The translations under genes were made by a program, and so were the position numbers. Shown in pieces: positions 1 to 12,721 of a stretch of DNA of 64,000 nt. Each line of letters starts with the position of its first letter. Position 1 is the stretch's first letter. The DNA comes from Schmidtea polychroa (lineage: Eukaryota). The stretch spans positions 32,798,001 to 32,862,000 of the forward strand of contig CM097888.1 in assembly GCA_044892525.1 (NCBI GenBank). The letters run 5' to 3'. The notes below the pieces were generated by a model. The model was not told the DNA's origin. It was given only the letters and a program-made list of their open reading frames with translations, and did not search any database.

Positions 1-776
1 AAATTTCATTGAAAATATTTTATGCCCGGCAGAAAAATGAGAGCTTTATCAATGAAAAAGAGAAAAAAATAAGTTTATAAATGTATTTTCTTAAATTAAT
101 ATTTTTTTCAGAAGAGAATTTTTTCAGTCAAGATTAATATACTTCTGTAATATAGTTTTGGTTTATATAAATTTCGTATAATAATGAAAAATAGAATAAA
201 AATCAAATGTGTCAATATAAATATTGCGAAATTTTAAATAAAATTTTAAAAATGAAAATAAAATAAATTAAATTAAATTACAGTATTAATTATTAAGTAG
301 AAGTAATTTATTTATTTTTGAGTAATTTAAAAAATATTGTAATAATCTAATTAAAATAAATTGCATTATACCCAAAAAAAATATTGTGAAAGAATATCAA
401 TTCTAAAAGTAAAAACATTAACATCAAATATACAAAACTTATTATTCGTTGTTGATATATTTTCTTAATATATTTACTTAATAACTATAAAACAAAGATG
501 GGATGACATTTTTTTGAAAATTGTGAATTTTCAAAGTTTTTATCCTAATTGAAAAAAACACTCATATGTACATGAATCTGTTACAATATTTTAATTTTTG
601 TGGTTATAGAGATTTATTTTTTATTAAGTTATGAAGTATCAAATTAAATTAAATGTAAAAAAATGTTTCTAATAAATCTTTTTTATAGGGTGACTGGGGG
701 ATATAAAATGATAGTTATTATTAGGGATGAGTAATACTAATGAATTACTAATATAACTATTAAAAAATATCTATTA

Positions 777-3103
777 CAGTGAAACCTCGCTTAACGAGCA
801 CCTCTTATAACGAGAAATTCGCATAACGAGTAAAATAAATTGTAAAAAAACGACTCGCTTAACGAACGATTTTTTTGTAAAACGAGTGAAAGTCCTGGAT
901 TGTAAAGAAATTAACGTAAACAAAAATTTAAAAACAAAAATATTTGCAGCATTCTTGTTATCATTATTTATGGATCCATCAGTATGTGTATACAATTGTT
1001 CCGCTAGCATCTTTTGCTTGTGATATAAATTTTTACAAACCTGTGTTTATACAATGTTTTTTGTGATTTGTTTAGTATAAAGTTTAATAATTATTTGTGA
1101 TTTTTATTGTAAAATCAATAAACCTTGCAAAATGTCGCCGAAAAAAAAGTCGCAAGAAGACAGCCATAAGAGAATAGAAATAACCATAGAAACGTAGCGT
1201 AAAATCATTGAAAATCGAGATCGGGTGTGAGTGTAGCGGATCTATCGCGCACATACGACTGGTCTACATCTACGATCTGTACTATCCTTAAAAACAAGGA
1301 CAATATTATGGAGATAGATGCGTCAAAAGGAGTTACAAGAATATCTACGCAACGGTTACGTGTTCTCGACGATGTTGAAAGGCTGCTTCTTATATGGATA
1401 AACGAGAAGCAATTACAAGGCGACACTATTAACGAGAACATCATTTGTAAGAGAAGGCAAAAATGATTTTCGACGACCTAGTAAAGAAGAAGCCAAGAAC
1501 ATCAACGGCCGAAGAATAAGTATTTAAGGGAAGTCATGGGTGGTTCGAAAAATTTAAGAAAATAACCGCCATCCACAGCGTTGTGAGGCAAGGTGAAGCA
1601 GCTAGCTGCGACAAGGGGGCAGCAGAGAACTTCATCGTCGACTTCAAGAGGCTCATAGATTCTAATGGCTATCTGCCGCAACAAACTTTTAATTGTGATG
1701 AGACGGGTCTTTTCTGGAAAAGATGCCGAAGCGAACTTATATTACTGCAGAGGAGGATGCAATGCCCGGGCACAAGCCAATGAAAGACCGCCTCTCGCTG
1801 CCTTTTTGTGCCAATGCAAACGGCGATTTGAAAGTTAAACCGCTACTTGTTTATCATTCTGAAACCCCACGGGCATTCAAGAAGTATAAAGTCCAAAAAA
1901 ACAGGCTAAATGTGATGTGGAGGTCAAACAAAAAGGCGTGGGTGACACGTGATCTTTTTAGTGATTGGCTCAATAATGTGTTTGGTCCTTCTGTGAAAAA
2001 ATATTTACTTCATATGAATCTGCCGTTACATGTCATGCTTGTTATGGATAACGCTCCTGCTCATTCTCCAGGCCTACAAAATGATCTCGTTGAAGAATTC
2101 AAATTCATCAAGATCCATTTCATGCCTCCCAATACCACTGCCTGACTCCAACCTATGGACCAGCAGGTTATTTCGAAATTTAAGAAGCTCTACACTAAGG
2201 CACTCTTCAAGCACTGTTTTAAAATAACTGAAAAGACCAATCTCACTCTCAGAGAGTTTTGGAAAGATCACTTCCACATAGTTGCCGGCTTCAAGATGAT
2301 CGAAACGGCATGGGAGACAGTTACCAAGAGAACTCTAATTTCTGTGTGGAAGAAACTTTGGCCAGATGGTGATGGCGAATGTAACTTTGAGGGGGTTGAA
2401 ACATTACCTGTGGAGTCTGTAGTTAACAAGATCGTGTCTTTGACCACGACCATGGGACTAAAGGTAAATGGCAATGATATCCACGAGCTTGTGAAAGAGC
2501 ACAGCCAAGAGCTGACCACTGAAGAGCTAATGGAGTTACATTATGTTTCTCAAGAAGAAGTTGTGGAGGAGAGTATGTCAGAGAAGGAGGAGGGAACAAT
2601 AAAACAGCAATCTTCTGGCGCAATAAGAGAAATGTTGAAATCATGGGAAACTGCTGCGTTGAGAAATATCACCCCAATAAAGCAGTAGCTATGCGCGCTA
2701 CAAATTTATTTAATGATAATGCTGTATTGCCTTTTCACCAAATTTAGAAGCGTCGCCAAGAACAAACGTCACTAGACAGCTTTTTAGTAAAAAAAAATTA
2801 GTTATGTATCATTACAACAAACTTATTATTTCGAATACTTTTTAATTTTTGTAAAATGAATTCGTATTACAGGTTGGTTTATTCCGCGACAGAAGGAAAG
2901 ATCAAGATGATTTACCATCCCTAATAACATGATCATGTATATAATTTTCATTCAATAAATGAATATGTACATAAAATCTTTTGAGAATTTTTTTCGGCAC
3001 GGAACGAATTATCGTATTTTATATTAATTTATATGGGAAGCGTTGTTTCGCTTTACGAGGAATATTCTGGAACGAATTATGCTCGTTATGCGAGGTTTCA
3101 CTG
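777..3103 (+). mobile_element. Tigger/pogo-family DNA transposon, full length, decayed
   Basis: 22-bp TIRs: CAGTGAAACCTCGCTTAACGAG (777-798) and CTCGTTATGCGAGGTTTCACTG (3082-3103), 1 mismatch. TA on both flanks (775-776, 3104-3105). Internal pogo transposase fragments. Confidence 0.95.
1132..2688 (+). pseudogene. pogo/Tigger transposase (CENP-B-type HTH plus DDD domain), broken by stops and frameshifts
   Basis: ATG at 1132 (MSPKKK). HTH fragment (STICTILKNKD ... VERLLLIWINEKQ). Catalytic motifs FNCDETGLFWK, MDNAPAH and QPMDQ are split over ORFs 1227, 1583, 1723 and 2155. Confidence 0.9.
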
Positions 3104-3796
3104 TATTAATAATATTATTAATATAATATAATAAAAAAATGAATATATATATATATCATTGTTTATTCATTTTTTTTTCAGTACACTTAATACTTGTCGA
3201 AATTAAATTTTTTTTCACTTGTTTCTACTGTTCCTAATGTACTATATGGAAGAAATGTCATATAATAACAATTTACCAACAATGTTGGGATAATTAGATA
3301 TATAATTGTACTTTTTAATGCATTTTGGTAATTAATTTACTTTTTCTTCAAATTATTTATCGGAATTATCCATCTCTATGATATAACTTGTTATTCTTTG
3401 TATTCATGTAAAAATTTTAATACTTCATTATTTTGAATTTCGGAAAGAAGNNNNNNNNNNNNNNNNNNNNNNNNNNNNNNNNNNNNNNNNNNNNNNNNNN
3501 NNNNNNNNNNNNNNNNNNNNNNNNNNNNNNNNNNNNNNNNNNNNNNNNNNNNNNNNNNNNNNNNNNNNNNNNNNNNNNNNNNNNNNNNNNNTATAATATG
3601 TTGTTATATCGAGTTTTGATTGGATTTTTCCAAAATCATATTTTTATTATATTTTAAATTTATAAAAAATTCACAGTGAAATTTTTTAAAAATTTATAAT
3701 TTTAATTTTGACATATTTTATTCGAGTACAAAATATTCTGAGATACAAACTGGTCAATTGGTGTATAAAAAATTCTTCCTAATATCTATTTAATAG

Positions 3797-3923
3797 AGTA
3801 ATCCAACAACAGGCAGATCGCGGGCGAGGAGGAGGAACAGCTTCAACCTTTGCAACTGGATGCTGTGGAGCACTTTGTGCTATGCTTCTGTGTTCCAGTT
3901 TATGTGATGATGATATTTTTTAA
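3797..3923 (+). CDS. Putative terminal exon of a small Cys-rich tail protein (CYSTM-like): VIQQQADRGRGGGTASTFATGCCGALCAMLLCSSLCDDDIF*
   Basis: Acceptor tttaatAG at 3795-3796, then a GC-richer open frame ending in TAA 3921-3923. The hydrophobic Cys-rich C-terminus resembles the CYSTM module. The upstream exon is unresolved (assembly gap nearby). Confidence 0.5.
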
Positions 3924-4074
3924 ATTAAATATTGAGTTATATCTTAAGCAACATTACAATGTAAAAATATTAAAAAAATATAATCTGTTTTCTTTATTCT
4001 AAAAAAATTGATATTTTTAGAAAATCATAATATTTTACTTCTAAAATGCGTTAGATATTAAAATTAATTTAAAT

Positions 4075-4327
4075 AATGTTCCATATTTACCAATGCACAG
4101 GTATTTTGCAACATCTTCATAAAAACTGGAATATTTCTGAATTTAAAAATATTTTCTAATAATCTATTTAATAGAATAATTCAACATACTACCCAGAGCG
4201 AAAGGAAGGAGGAGCAGCATCTTCGTTTGCAATTGGATGCTATGGAGCAATTTGTGTTCTAGTTTGTGTGACAATGGTAATTTTTAAAATAAATATTGAG
4301 TTCTATTATAAAAAGTCTCCAGTGTAA
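4075..4327 (+). pseudogene. Diverged tandem duplicate of the Cys-rich exon, with an upstream exon fragment and a 74-bp intron
   Basis: Aligns to 3781-3950 (GGAASSFAIGCYGAICVLVC). GT..AG intron 4101-4174 is phase 2, matching the exon entry phase of copy 1. A 1-nt deletion relative to copy 1 shifts the frame. Confidence 0.45.
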
Positions 4328-4621
4328 AACATTTGGCAAAAAATAATCTGTTTACGCTATTCTAACGAATTTAACGTGTCAGAGCTTTTATGCATTTTTT
4401 CATAATGTTAGAAGTCAGAAATTATACAAGCAATTATCTCTAAATGTTAGGTTAATATAATAACATTAAAAAGTATCAAATATTTTAATAAAATAATAAT
4501 AAATAAACGTTATGAAATAATATTTATTGTTATTAACACGTTCAATGTCAATATCAAATTAAAAATTGAATTGTTTATTTTTAATATATTCAGTTTTTAA
4601 CAGATTTTATTGTGTTTAAAC

Positions 4622-4958
4622 CAGGGGTCTCAAACACGCGGCCCGCAACGAAAAAACATAGATTTGTAATTTAACCAAACTTATTTAACAATTAAAATCA
4701 TAATTGGCTGTATAAATTAAAACTTATCTTTTTAATTATTTTTATTTATACATATGACGTTATACATATTATTATTATTATTATTCTTAATAATAAAAAA
4801 ATGTTTTTTTAGTTTTGTTGAGTTTTTAATTAAATAAATATTAACGTCGGAGTTTCAGACTCCACATGTTCTGAAAAACAATTATTTATGTTGCGGCCCG
4901 CCGGCTCATAATACTAGTCTAATGCGGCCCGCTGGCCAGTTTGAGTTTGAAACCCCTG
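4622..4958. mobile_element. hAT (Buster/Charlie-type) MITE
   Basis: TIRs CAGGGGTCTCAAAC / GTTTGAAACCCCTG. 8-bp TSD GTTTAAAC (4614-4621, 4959-4966) with central TA. Subterminal GCGGCCCG repeats. Confidence 0.92.
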
Positions 4959-5058
4959 GTTTAAACTATTCAAATAAAACTTCCCGAAAATTTATTATTG
5001 ATATTGCAATTCACAAAGTCGGATTATATGGAATTATAATTGCACGACAAGTTTTTAA

Positions 5059-5287
5059 CACATTGACTGCCAAAAGAATTTTTGTAAAATTTCCATAAAT
5101 ATTTTAACGTTTTTAGGTTTAATTTTATATTATAAGTCGAAATACAATTATTTTATTTGTTTTAAGACATTTTTGGGGTGAGTATACAGTATTTTTATGT
5201 GTTGGATACCAGCGGTCGACGTGGCCCTAGTAGTATAATATATGGCCTTGGTGTCGGACACCGGTGGCTGACATGGCAATCAACGTG
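5059..5287. mobile_element. piggyBac-like MITE
   Basis: TIRs CACATTGACTGCCA / TGGCAATCAACGTG (2 mismatches), TTAA on both sides (5055-5058, 5288-5291). Confidence 0.8.
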
Positions 5288-5827
5288 TTAAACCGCAATT
5301 TAAAGATTCTTTAAATTATGATAATGTTTTTAATCGGATTTCACCTGATTGGTTTTGATTCCATATAAATATTTACTTTTGATAGCAATAATTCCCCGAC
5401 ATGAAATGATCAATTAGAATCAAATGATTTCCCAACAAAATCATTTGACTTTTGCTTTTTTGCTTATTTTATTTTATGAATATCCCATCTCAATTTTGGC
5501 TTTTACAAATGTCATCAAAACACTTATAATATTTAAACAAATAATAATAATGGCACTAATTATTCAATAATAATATTCTTTACTTAAATCTAAATTTTCA
5601 TCAATAATGTTTTTGTGCATGGTATACTGCTTAATATTATAGATCATCGTGTATATAATTTAATATTGTGTAATTTTGTTTGTAATTTTAAGAAGTGCGA
5701 ATCTATCCAAATGTATTAATCCAATGAATATGACTGTATGCCACTAATAATTATGTGTGTATGCATCGGGTAGTGTACACATTTAAGGACTTATATCACA
5801 TTGAATTTGGAAATGATGTATCACAAG

Positions 5828-6840
5828 TGTAGGATTGTTAAATTTAAAATTATTATAATTTCCATGTAAATAAAAAGAGAATATTGTAAAATTCAAAATC
5901 AAGAGAATTAAAATTTGTAAAAAGGGTCAGAATCAAATGAGATGATGGGGAAGATCATGGTGAGAATGGATTTATCAGAATAGGTTCATAAAGGGTCGAA
6001 AAGCAAGGAAATGCGAAAAAAACAGAAAATCGTTAATTTATTTATTAAGAGAAAACCGAGCTAAGTTAACAGAAAGAGAAAAAAGCAAAGTCGATGTTGG
6101 AAAACCATTATCATGACAGAATTGGTAATAAGGAAACGGAAAAAATTATCACACGCGGTGAGACAATTTATTATTTCCTTCAACGACGAAAAAACGAAAA
6201 AGGCTGCGAGGTAAAGATTGTCAAATAAAGATGACTTGGTTAAAACAACATTAATTCAATGCAATTAGTTTTAACTAAAACTTAGGAACAATCGACATTG
6301 TGCCTCAGGTTGGGATGAACAAGATGAAAGTAGATGAAGGGAAAATTTTTAAAGTTAGAAGATAGAATTAACGGAAGAGAAAAGAAAAGGATCAAGTCAA
6401 AGGATTAAAGAAAAGAAGTGATTTTTATTATAGAACGTGCAGAACCAAAGCGGTCACAGCGAGACTTATCGAATACTTTTTTATTGCGATATTCGAAGTT
6501 TGGTAGATTGTATATTGTACGAATTCGAATAGAAGTATGCGTTGAGTATTGTTTGTCTACCGTATTTTTTGGAACATAAGGCGCACTTAAAATCCTTTCA
6601 TTATTGTGAAGAGTTATTGTGAAAGACTTGAATAGAGTTAAATAAAGTTTGACTTATCGGAGTTTGTGCCATTTAATGTGGCGCCTTATGTATGAAAAAA
6701 AAACGGTTAGTAGTCGATCAATGAGATTGCGTCTTATAACACGGTGCGCCTTATGGTTGGAAAAATAAGGTAATTGTTTTTATAGACCCCGTGGAATCAA
6801 AAACACCGACTGCATTATTTATTTAATTGAAAACTCAACA
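5828..6840 (+). mobile_element. Probable solo LTR carrying a nested MITE
   Basis: TG...CA ends and 4-bp TSD CAAG (5824-5827, 6841-6844). Purine-rich + strand like the other solo LTRs. No second copy in the window to confirm. Confidence 0.5.
6560..6770. mobile_element. Tc2/pogo-type MITE
   Basis: 27-bp imperfect TIRs CCGTATTTTTTGGAACATAAGGCGCAC / GTGCGCCTTATGGTTGGAAAAATAAGG, TA flanks (6558-6559, 6771-6772). Confidence 0.85.
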
Positions 6841-7320
6841 CAAGTGATACTCATGACATTTATTGTTTGAAAAATTATTTCACAAAAAAATGATAACCCC
6901 ATTAAATTATTCAAAACAACATTAATTACTAATCAATAAGTAGATGAAGAAAAAAAGTTGGCAAAAATTTGAAAATTGGTTATTATAAATTATAAATTGT
7001 ATAACAATTAGAAAAACTTCCTCTGTTGAAAATGGATGTATTATTTAATTTGACAAGATACAGCATGAAAATATTTTTAATAATTTTATTTGCAATTTAA
7101 AATGTCTTCAAAATGAATTTTATTATTTGAACTCTTTTTTTACTTTTCATTGTGTTTGATGTTTTAATTGTGGTTTTATGAAAGTTTGATATATATATTT
7201 TTGATATATAATTTTTTTGTGAAATTCACTTGAAAAAGACAGTGCCGAAAATTTGTGAGTATCAAAAAACATCGATATATTACTGATTTATAGTCTCCAA
7301 GCTCTCTTTTTAATAAATAA

Positions 7321-7373
<53 letters not shown>

Positions 7374-7374
<1 letters not shown>

Positions 7375-8327
7375 GTTGAGGATACCTAAATGAAAAATAA
7401 CATAATAAATAAATAAATTACCTGGGGTAAGATCGTCATGACAAATTGGATGATCCATGGGAACTCAGAAAAGAAAGCAGAAGTAAAAAGAAATTCAAAA
7501 TGAGAAAGGTAAATCAAATAAAAGGAAACAAACAAGAAATTAAAACAAAGGTCATTGTTAATTAAGAAGTACAAATAAAGGTAGAATTTCAAATTCCAGA
7601 AAAAAACAAAATAAGGGAAAAAGCCTTATCTTAACAGCCTGTCAAAGATAGCGAAATTGTCGGGAGAAGGCGGCTTAACAGAAAAGGAAAATGGAAAAAT
7701 ATCTCGACATCTGTCAGAGATAAGGCTGATGTAGAGAAAAAGAAAGATGATAAACAGAATCGGTCGCCAGTGCCACAAACAAAACAACTATATAAAGGAA
7801 AACTGGAGGATGAGAAATCAGAATAGATTGAGAACAAAGTGAGAGCAAATTTAGAAAAATTTGGAGCGAAACGTAGAACGGAAACCGAACAAAGTTGAGA
7901 GCAAAACGAAACGAAATTAGAAGCAAAAAGTAGAGTAAAATTAGAGACGACAGAGTAAAAAGGGGAATCAAAACAGAGTGGAAAGAGAAGTGACAAGAAT
8001 CTTTTATAAAATTCAATATAAAGTAAAAGTGGAGTAAATAAATTGTGTGGTCAAAGCAAATAGAACAATCGATCAACATATTCTGTAATTGAGTAGTTGA
8101 CGGCTAGTGATTATTGTTGTGGTTACAGAAAGGGCTATTCTTCACGTAGTGTCGAAATAAGCTCTGTGTCATAAATTGGTTTATAGTTAATTGATTGTAA
8201 TTGAAATTTGTACTATTACGTGTGGATATTAATAAAGCTTATTGTGTTCGAGAGTGTTGAATTGCGAATTAATAAACACGCTTTGGAGCCAGATTAAAGG
8301 TTTGAATTTGTCACCAACTCAATAACC

Positions 8328-8332
<5 letters not shown>
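7374..8332 (+). mobile_element. Solo LTR (family A, copy 1) inside a (TA)n microsatellite
   Basis: Colinear with 24308-25216. Ends (C)GTTGAGG...CCCAACA, AATAAA in the 3' part, (TA)n on both flanks, no gag/pol adjacent. Confidence 0.8.
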
Positions 8333-8372
<40 letters not shown>

Positions 8373-9266
8373 ATAATTATTATTTTTATTTTAAGTAATT
8401 AGAAAATATTATTTATATTTTTCTATCTATCTTATTACCGGAGCCGTACGATCATATGAATGTATATTTTGCTTTAATGCACAATTGGCACAATTGGGAC
8501 TTGGGGCCTACGATAACTTTAAAACGGTCTTGGTTCTTAGTATTTATACATGTGCCAAAAATGAATATTTTTTACTATTTTCAGATTTATTTCTATATTT
8601 GTTAATCTATAATGCTGATGATCTAAAAACAGTTCCAATCAGGCCCAATCCTTACAACCAAACAGCAAGAAAAACTCTTCGGATATTTGGAAATTAATAA
8701 GAAAATTAGCGTATAATTACTGATTTTTTGAAAAAATGTCATTTAGTAAAAAGTGGATTTATTTTCTTATCAATAATTTATTAAAGGAGTTGATAAATTA
8801 AGATCAACCAAAAATACATATGGTCAACTGTGAATGATTTTTAAAGGACATTGAGTTTGGTTGAAATTTGAAAGTTATGTTTATTTGAACAAGTTCCTGA
8901 AAGACAAAGTAATTTTGAGAAGAGTTCAAGGAGTTATAAAAGTAAATTCTTTTCACTCTCATAATAAAACTTTGATTTAAAAAAATTATTTTAGAAATCC
9001 CTATAAATGTTCCAAAATATATTTTTAAACTCTGCCACCTATTTTCGTCAATTTTTAGAAAGTTTATAAGTGAAGTCAAAATTAAAAATCCAGTAGAAGA
9101 AATTGTAAAAAGAAAGCCAATTACCTTACTAAACTCAATAAACTGATTTTTACAATTATTATAATAAAGCTTGATCTTGAGTTTATAAACAAATTAATTA
9201 AATAATTATAAATTTTCAATTTTATAAAAAAACACCGTGAAAAACTCCGAAGAATTAAATGAAAAA

Positions 9267-10781
9267 TTAAAGAACTGAAAATTTCCTTATGTGTTGGGTA
9301 GTTTTTTCGTGCGTTAATATTTCATTATCTTTGTAATCACTTGGAACCAAAGAAGAAGTTCTTTCTATCATTCGGTGATTACTTAGAATGTGCGTATCAG
9401 GCGTTTGGAGAGATTCTATCTCTCTATGATAAAAATAATTGAAGTTCGAAACAATAACAGGTACTGGAAGGGCAATAGTTAAAACACCAGCAATTGCACA
9501 TAAGCTTCCGACCATTTTGCCCCAAACTGTAACCGGGCGCATATCACCATAACCGACAGTCGTCATTGTTACAACAGCCCACCAAAAAGCATCAGGAATA
9601 CTTCGAAAATAGGAATTCGTTGAATCTGCTTCAGCAAAATACATTGCACTAGAAAATAGAATGACACTGATTAACAAGAAAAACATTAGCAATCCCAATT
9701 CGCGCACACTGGCTTTCAAAGTCTGTCCGAGAATTTGCAAACCCTTGAAATGCCGTGATAATTTAAATATTCGAAATACGCGCACCAATCGAATGACTCG
9801 AAGAATAGCCAATGACGTTGATTGGTTCTGTGTGGAATAAGAACTTGAAAGAAATGTAGCTAAAGAAAGAAAATATGGAAGAATCGACAAAAAGTCAATG
9901 ATGTTCATTATGTTTTTCATATACTCCAACTTTTTCGGACAAGTGACTATTCTCACAAACATTTCAAATGTAAACCAAGAAACACACAAGGTTTCGATGA
10001 TAAAAAACGGCTGGTTTACTTCCGGCAAATTATCTTCATGAATTATCCAAGCGGATCTCGAGGAGTTATTAGTGAAAGATTTTAAATTACTTTCCAATTT
10101 ATAAGTCTTAAAATGAGGTAGAGTTTCAGCACAAAAAATCAAAATAGAAATAATAATAACCAAAACGGAAATTAGAGCTATCAATCTAGCACATGTAGAG
10201 CTTTCTGGATATTCGAAAAGCAACCATAATTTTCTTTTCCATCTATTAACCGGTAAAGCTTTCACTTGGTCTTGCATCATGCCTTCATCGATTCGATATT
10301 TTTCCACAGCATCAGAATCGATTTGATAGAAAACAATTTCCTCAGAAAACGTATCGAAAGGAACATTAACCGGCCGTCTCAATTTTCCACCGCTTTGATA
10401 ATAATAAAGAATGCCATCAAAACTCGGTCGATTTCTGTCGAAAAAGAATTCATTTCTCAATGAATCGAAGTATTGGTTTCGTCGAACTGGATTTCCTAAC
10501 AGGGTTGCCGGAAACTTATTTAAAGTTTGAAGTTGCGTTTCGAATTTCAAACCGCTTACATTAATCACTACTCGATCTGCGTTGTAGTTTCCATTTGTTA
10601 AAATATTTGAAAGCTCATAAACCGGTTTGTAAAACCTGTTGCCATCAGCGGTTGAATGATTAAAACACCATGGAAACTGTTTGTAAATCGGTACATTTGA
10701 ATACAAGAAATGATAACTAGATGGCTGTGTACAAGTATTCACAGTTCCCCCACGATCAATCCCAGCCATAGCTACTTCCAT
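9267..10781 (-). CDS. Shaker (KCNA/Kv1): Shaker/Kv1-family voltage-gated potassium channel, intronless, 504 aa
   Basis: T1 domain ([24 protein letters not shown]), S1-S6, S4 [18 protein letters not shown], filter TTVGYGD, PVP hinge. First ATG at 10781 (MEVAMAG); the ORF track start at 10793 is a TTG. Confidence 0.97.
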   Translation of the reverse strand: MEVAMAGIDRGGTVNTCTQPSSYHFLYSNVPIYKQFPWCFNHSTADGNRFYKPVYELSNILTNGNYNADRVVINVSGLKFETQLQTLNKFPATLLGNPVRRNQYFDSLRNEFFFDRNRPSFDGILYYYQSGGKLRRPVNVPFDTFSEEIVFYQIDSDAVEKYRIDEGMMQDQVKALPVNRWKRKLWLLFEYPESSTCARLIALISVLVIIISILIFCAETLPHFKTYKLESNLKSFTNNSSRSAWIIHEDNLPEVNQPFFIIETLCVSWFTFEMFVRIVTCPKKLEYMKNIMNIIDFLSILPYFLSLATFLSSSYSTQNQSTSLAILRVIRLVRVFRIFKLSRHFKGLQILGQTLKASVRELGLLMFFLLISVILFSSAMYFAEADSTNSYFRSIPDAFWWAVVTMTTVGYGDMRPVTVWGKMVGSLCAIAGVLTIALPVPVIVSNFNYFYHREIESLQTPDTHILSNHRMIERTSSLVPSDYKDNEILTHEKTTQHIRKFSVL

Positions 10782-11540
10782 TGGATTTTTCAAACAACGA
10801 TAGATGATAACAATTTTACAGACTCACTCGCAATTTTACATATATACAGAGAATAAAATAAATTTCAACTTTCCCAGTGAATCTGTTTTCAATAGTTTTG
10901 TTGAATAGACGCATGCTTACTTGTTCTTGAAACACTGAGACTATAAACTCCGTACCTCCATTTTTCTGTTTATATTCTTTTTGCCAAGGTAAATAATAAT
11001 AGAGATGGCTAGAGAAATTTCACTGAGAATCCGAAAATAAAAATCCAACTGAGATAACGAATGTTTTCTAATTAAGTTATCAATATTTAGAAGATTTGTA
11101 TATTTGCTTACTTCTTTGATAGTTAGCAGACATACTTTCATAACATAAATTAACATATAAAAAATCAATTCTCATTTCATTGGATAATAATTGTCCAATA
11201 AAAAGTTGTTATTTGTTATTTTTAATATGAAACTGAAAAATTATATTTATAGAAATATTCTATTGTTATTTATTTTGGAATGATGTTTGATCTGGTTTAT
11301 TAAAAAATAAATTTTCACCCCATTTTATTTTCACTAAAGATACTATTTGCATTGAAATGAAAACCCTAATGATAATTAATAAAAAAATCTCATTGTGTTG
11401 CTAAGAATTGGCTTTGGTTTCGATTAAAATGTTTCATTGGAAAAAATCGAATTATCATTTAAACATTTTAATTTCGCTTTTTTTCTGAAAAATTAATATT
11501 TTTAAAAAATTAAATATTTTCAGGAACACTTTTTTATTAA

Positions 11541-11622
11541 CACGTTGACGGACACTTGCGTCTATAGCCGTCATATAGTGTCAATTTTCAAATGTCACTT
11601 GTTTCTACTGTCCTTCAATGTG
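11541..11622. mobile_element. 82-bp piggyBac-like mini-MITE
   Basis: TIRs CACGTTGACGGACA / TGTCCTTCAATGTG, TTAA on both flanks (11537-11540, 11623-11626). TIR start resembles 5059-5287. Confidence 0.7.
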
Positions 11623-12721
11623 TTAATAATGCAATGCTGCGTGACACCTTTTGAAACTATTTGTGAGGCACATTTCTCAAACATAAAACTTTCAGTGGAA
11701 AGGAAAAACAGGCCTTTTTGAATTTGATGTTATCAGATACATTAAATCGACAAGCTATACTATTTTTAAAGAAAAGTCTTTGAAACCAACTATGTAAGAC
11801 AAATCTTAAATTATATATGTATTTTAAATATTGTTGTGTCATAGCAGCAAAGAACTGAGTGTTAAAATCATATAAATCACTGGTTTTACTAATTTTCAAT
11901 AAATGATAAAATTATTATATTAAATGGCTCGACTCAACGATTTGTTGTATAAAATGTATTTTTATGTTGCTGGAACTTTAAAATGTACTATAAAACATAT
12001 TTATACTTTCTTGAGGTTGGAAAGGTTAAAATATTCTTACAGTTTTATTTCAAAATAATACCAAAATTAAATATTTATTGTTAAAACGTTGACTAAACAT
12101 TGTGATAAATGATATGCACAGAACTTTAGCCTCGGACGCATATGCATCACTTGTGATGTATTTTGCATAAAATAGTACAAAACTCCTACAATGTGGACAT
12201 GCCAAATAAATACAAGGAGTAAGGACACGATTTTTTTTTCAAATATATTATTTGGTTCGATAATTTATAAAAAAAGTAGAACTCATTTCTTAAGAGGTGA
12301 GGACACAACTATTGTATGTGTGACAACATATTGGGTCTCAGAACAGCAACTAGTCTTTACCTCCCAAATACCTTTTTCACACTTAATTTTTATTTTATAG
12401 ATTTTTAAACAATTCTACAAGTGCAAAGATTTACATTAAAGATTTTTTATTTTATAAATAATTTTTATGAAAAATATGTTTTTATTAATGATAGAACATT
12501 GTGAAGGATTTGAAATGGGCCTAAAATTTTAACTAATTATAGTAATAATATTTGATAACAAAAATTACCATTTGAAGAAAAAAGTAAATCTAAAATAAAA
12601 GGTGATTTTATTTTTGTGTAAATAATTGTTATTATTTAATAAAGTTTTTTGAACCAGTGTTTGTGTTCTTATTTATATAGGAACCATCAGGTTGAGATTC
12701 TGAGAACCTCAACATAGTGAT

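Noticed and set aside
7386-8079. Minus-strand F/L/S-rich ORFs in the solo LTRs (also 24428-24806)
   Set aside because: They are shadows of the purine-rich LTR strand, and the frames are not preserved between the two copies.
10782-10793. Kv1 N-terminal extension MKNP from the ORF track
   Set aside because: It starts at TTG; the first ATG (10781) coincides with the conserved MEVAMAG start.
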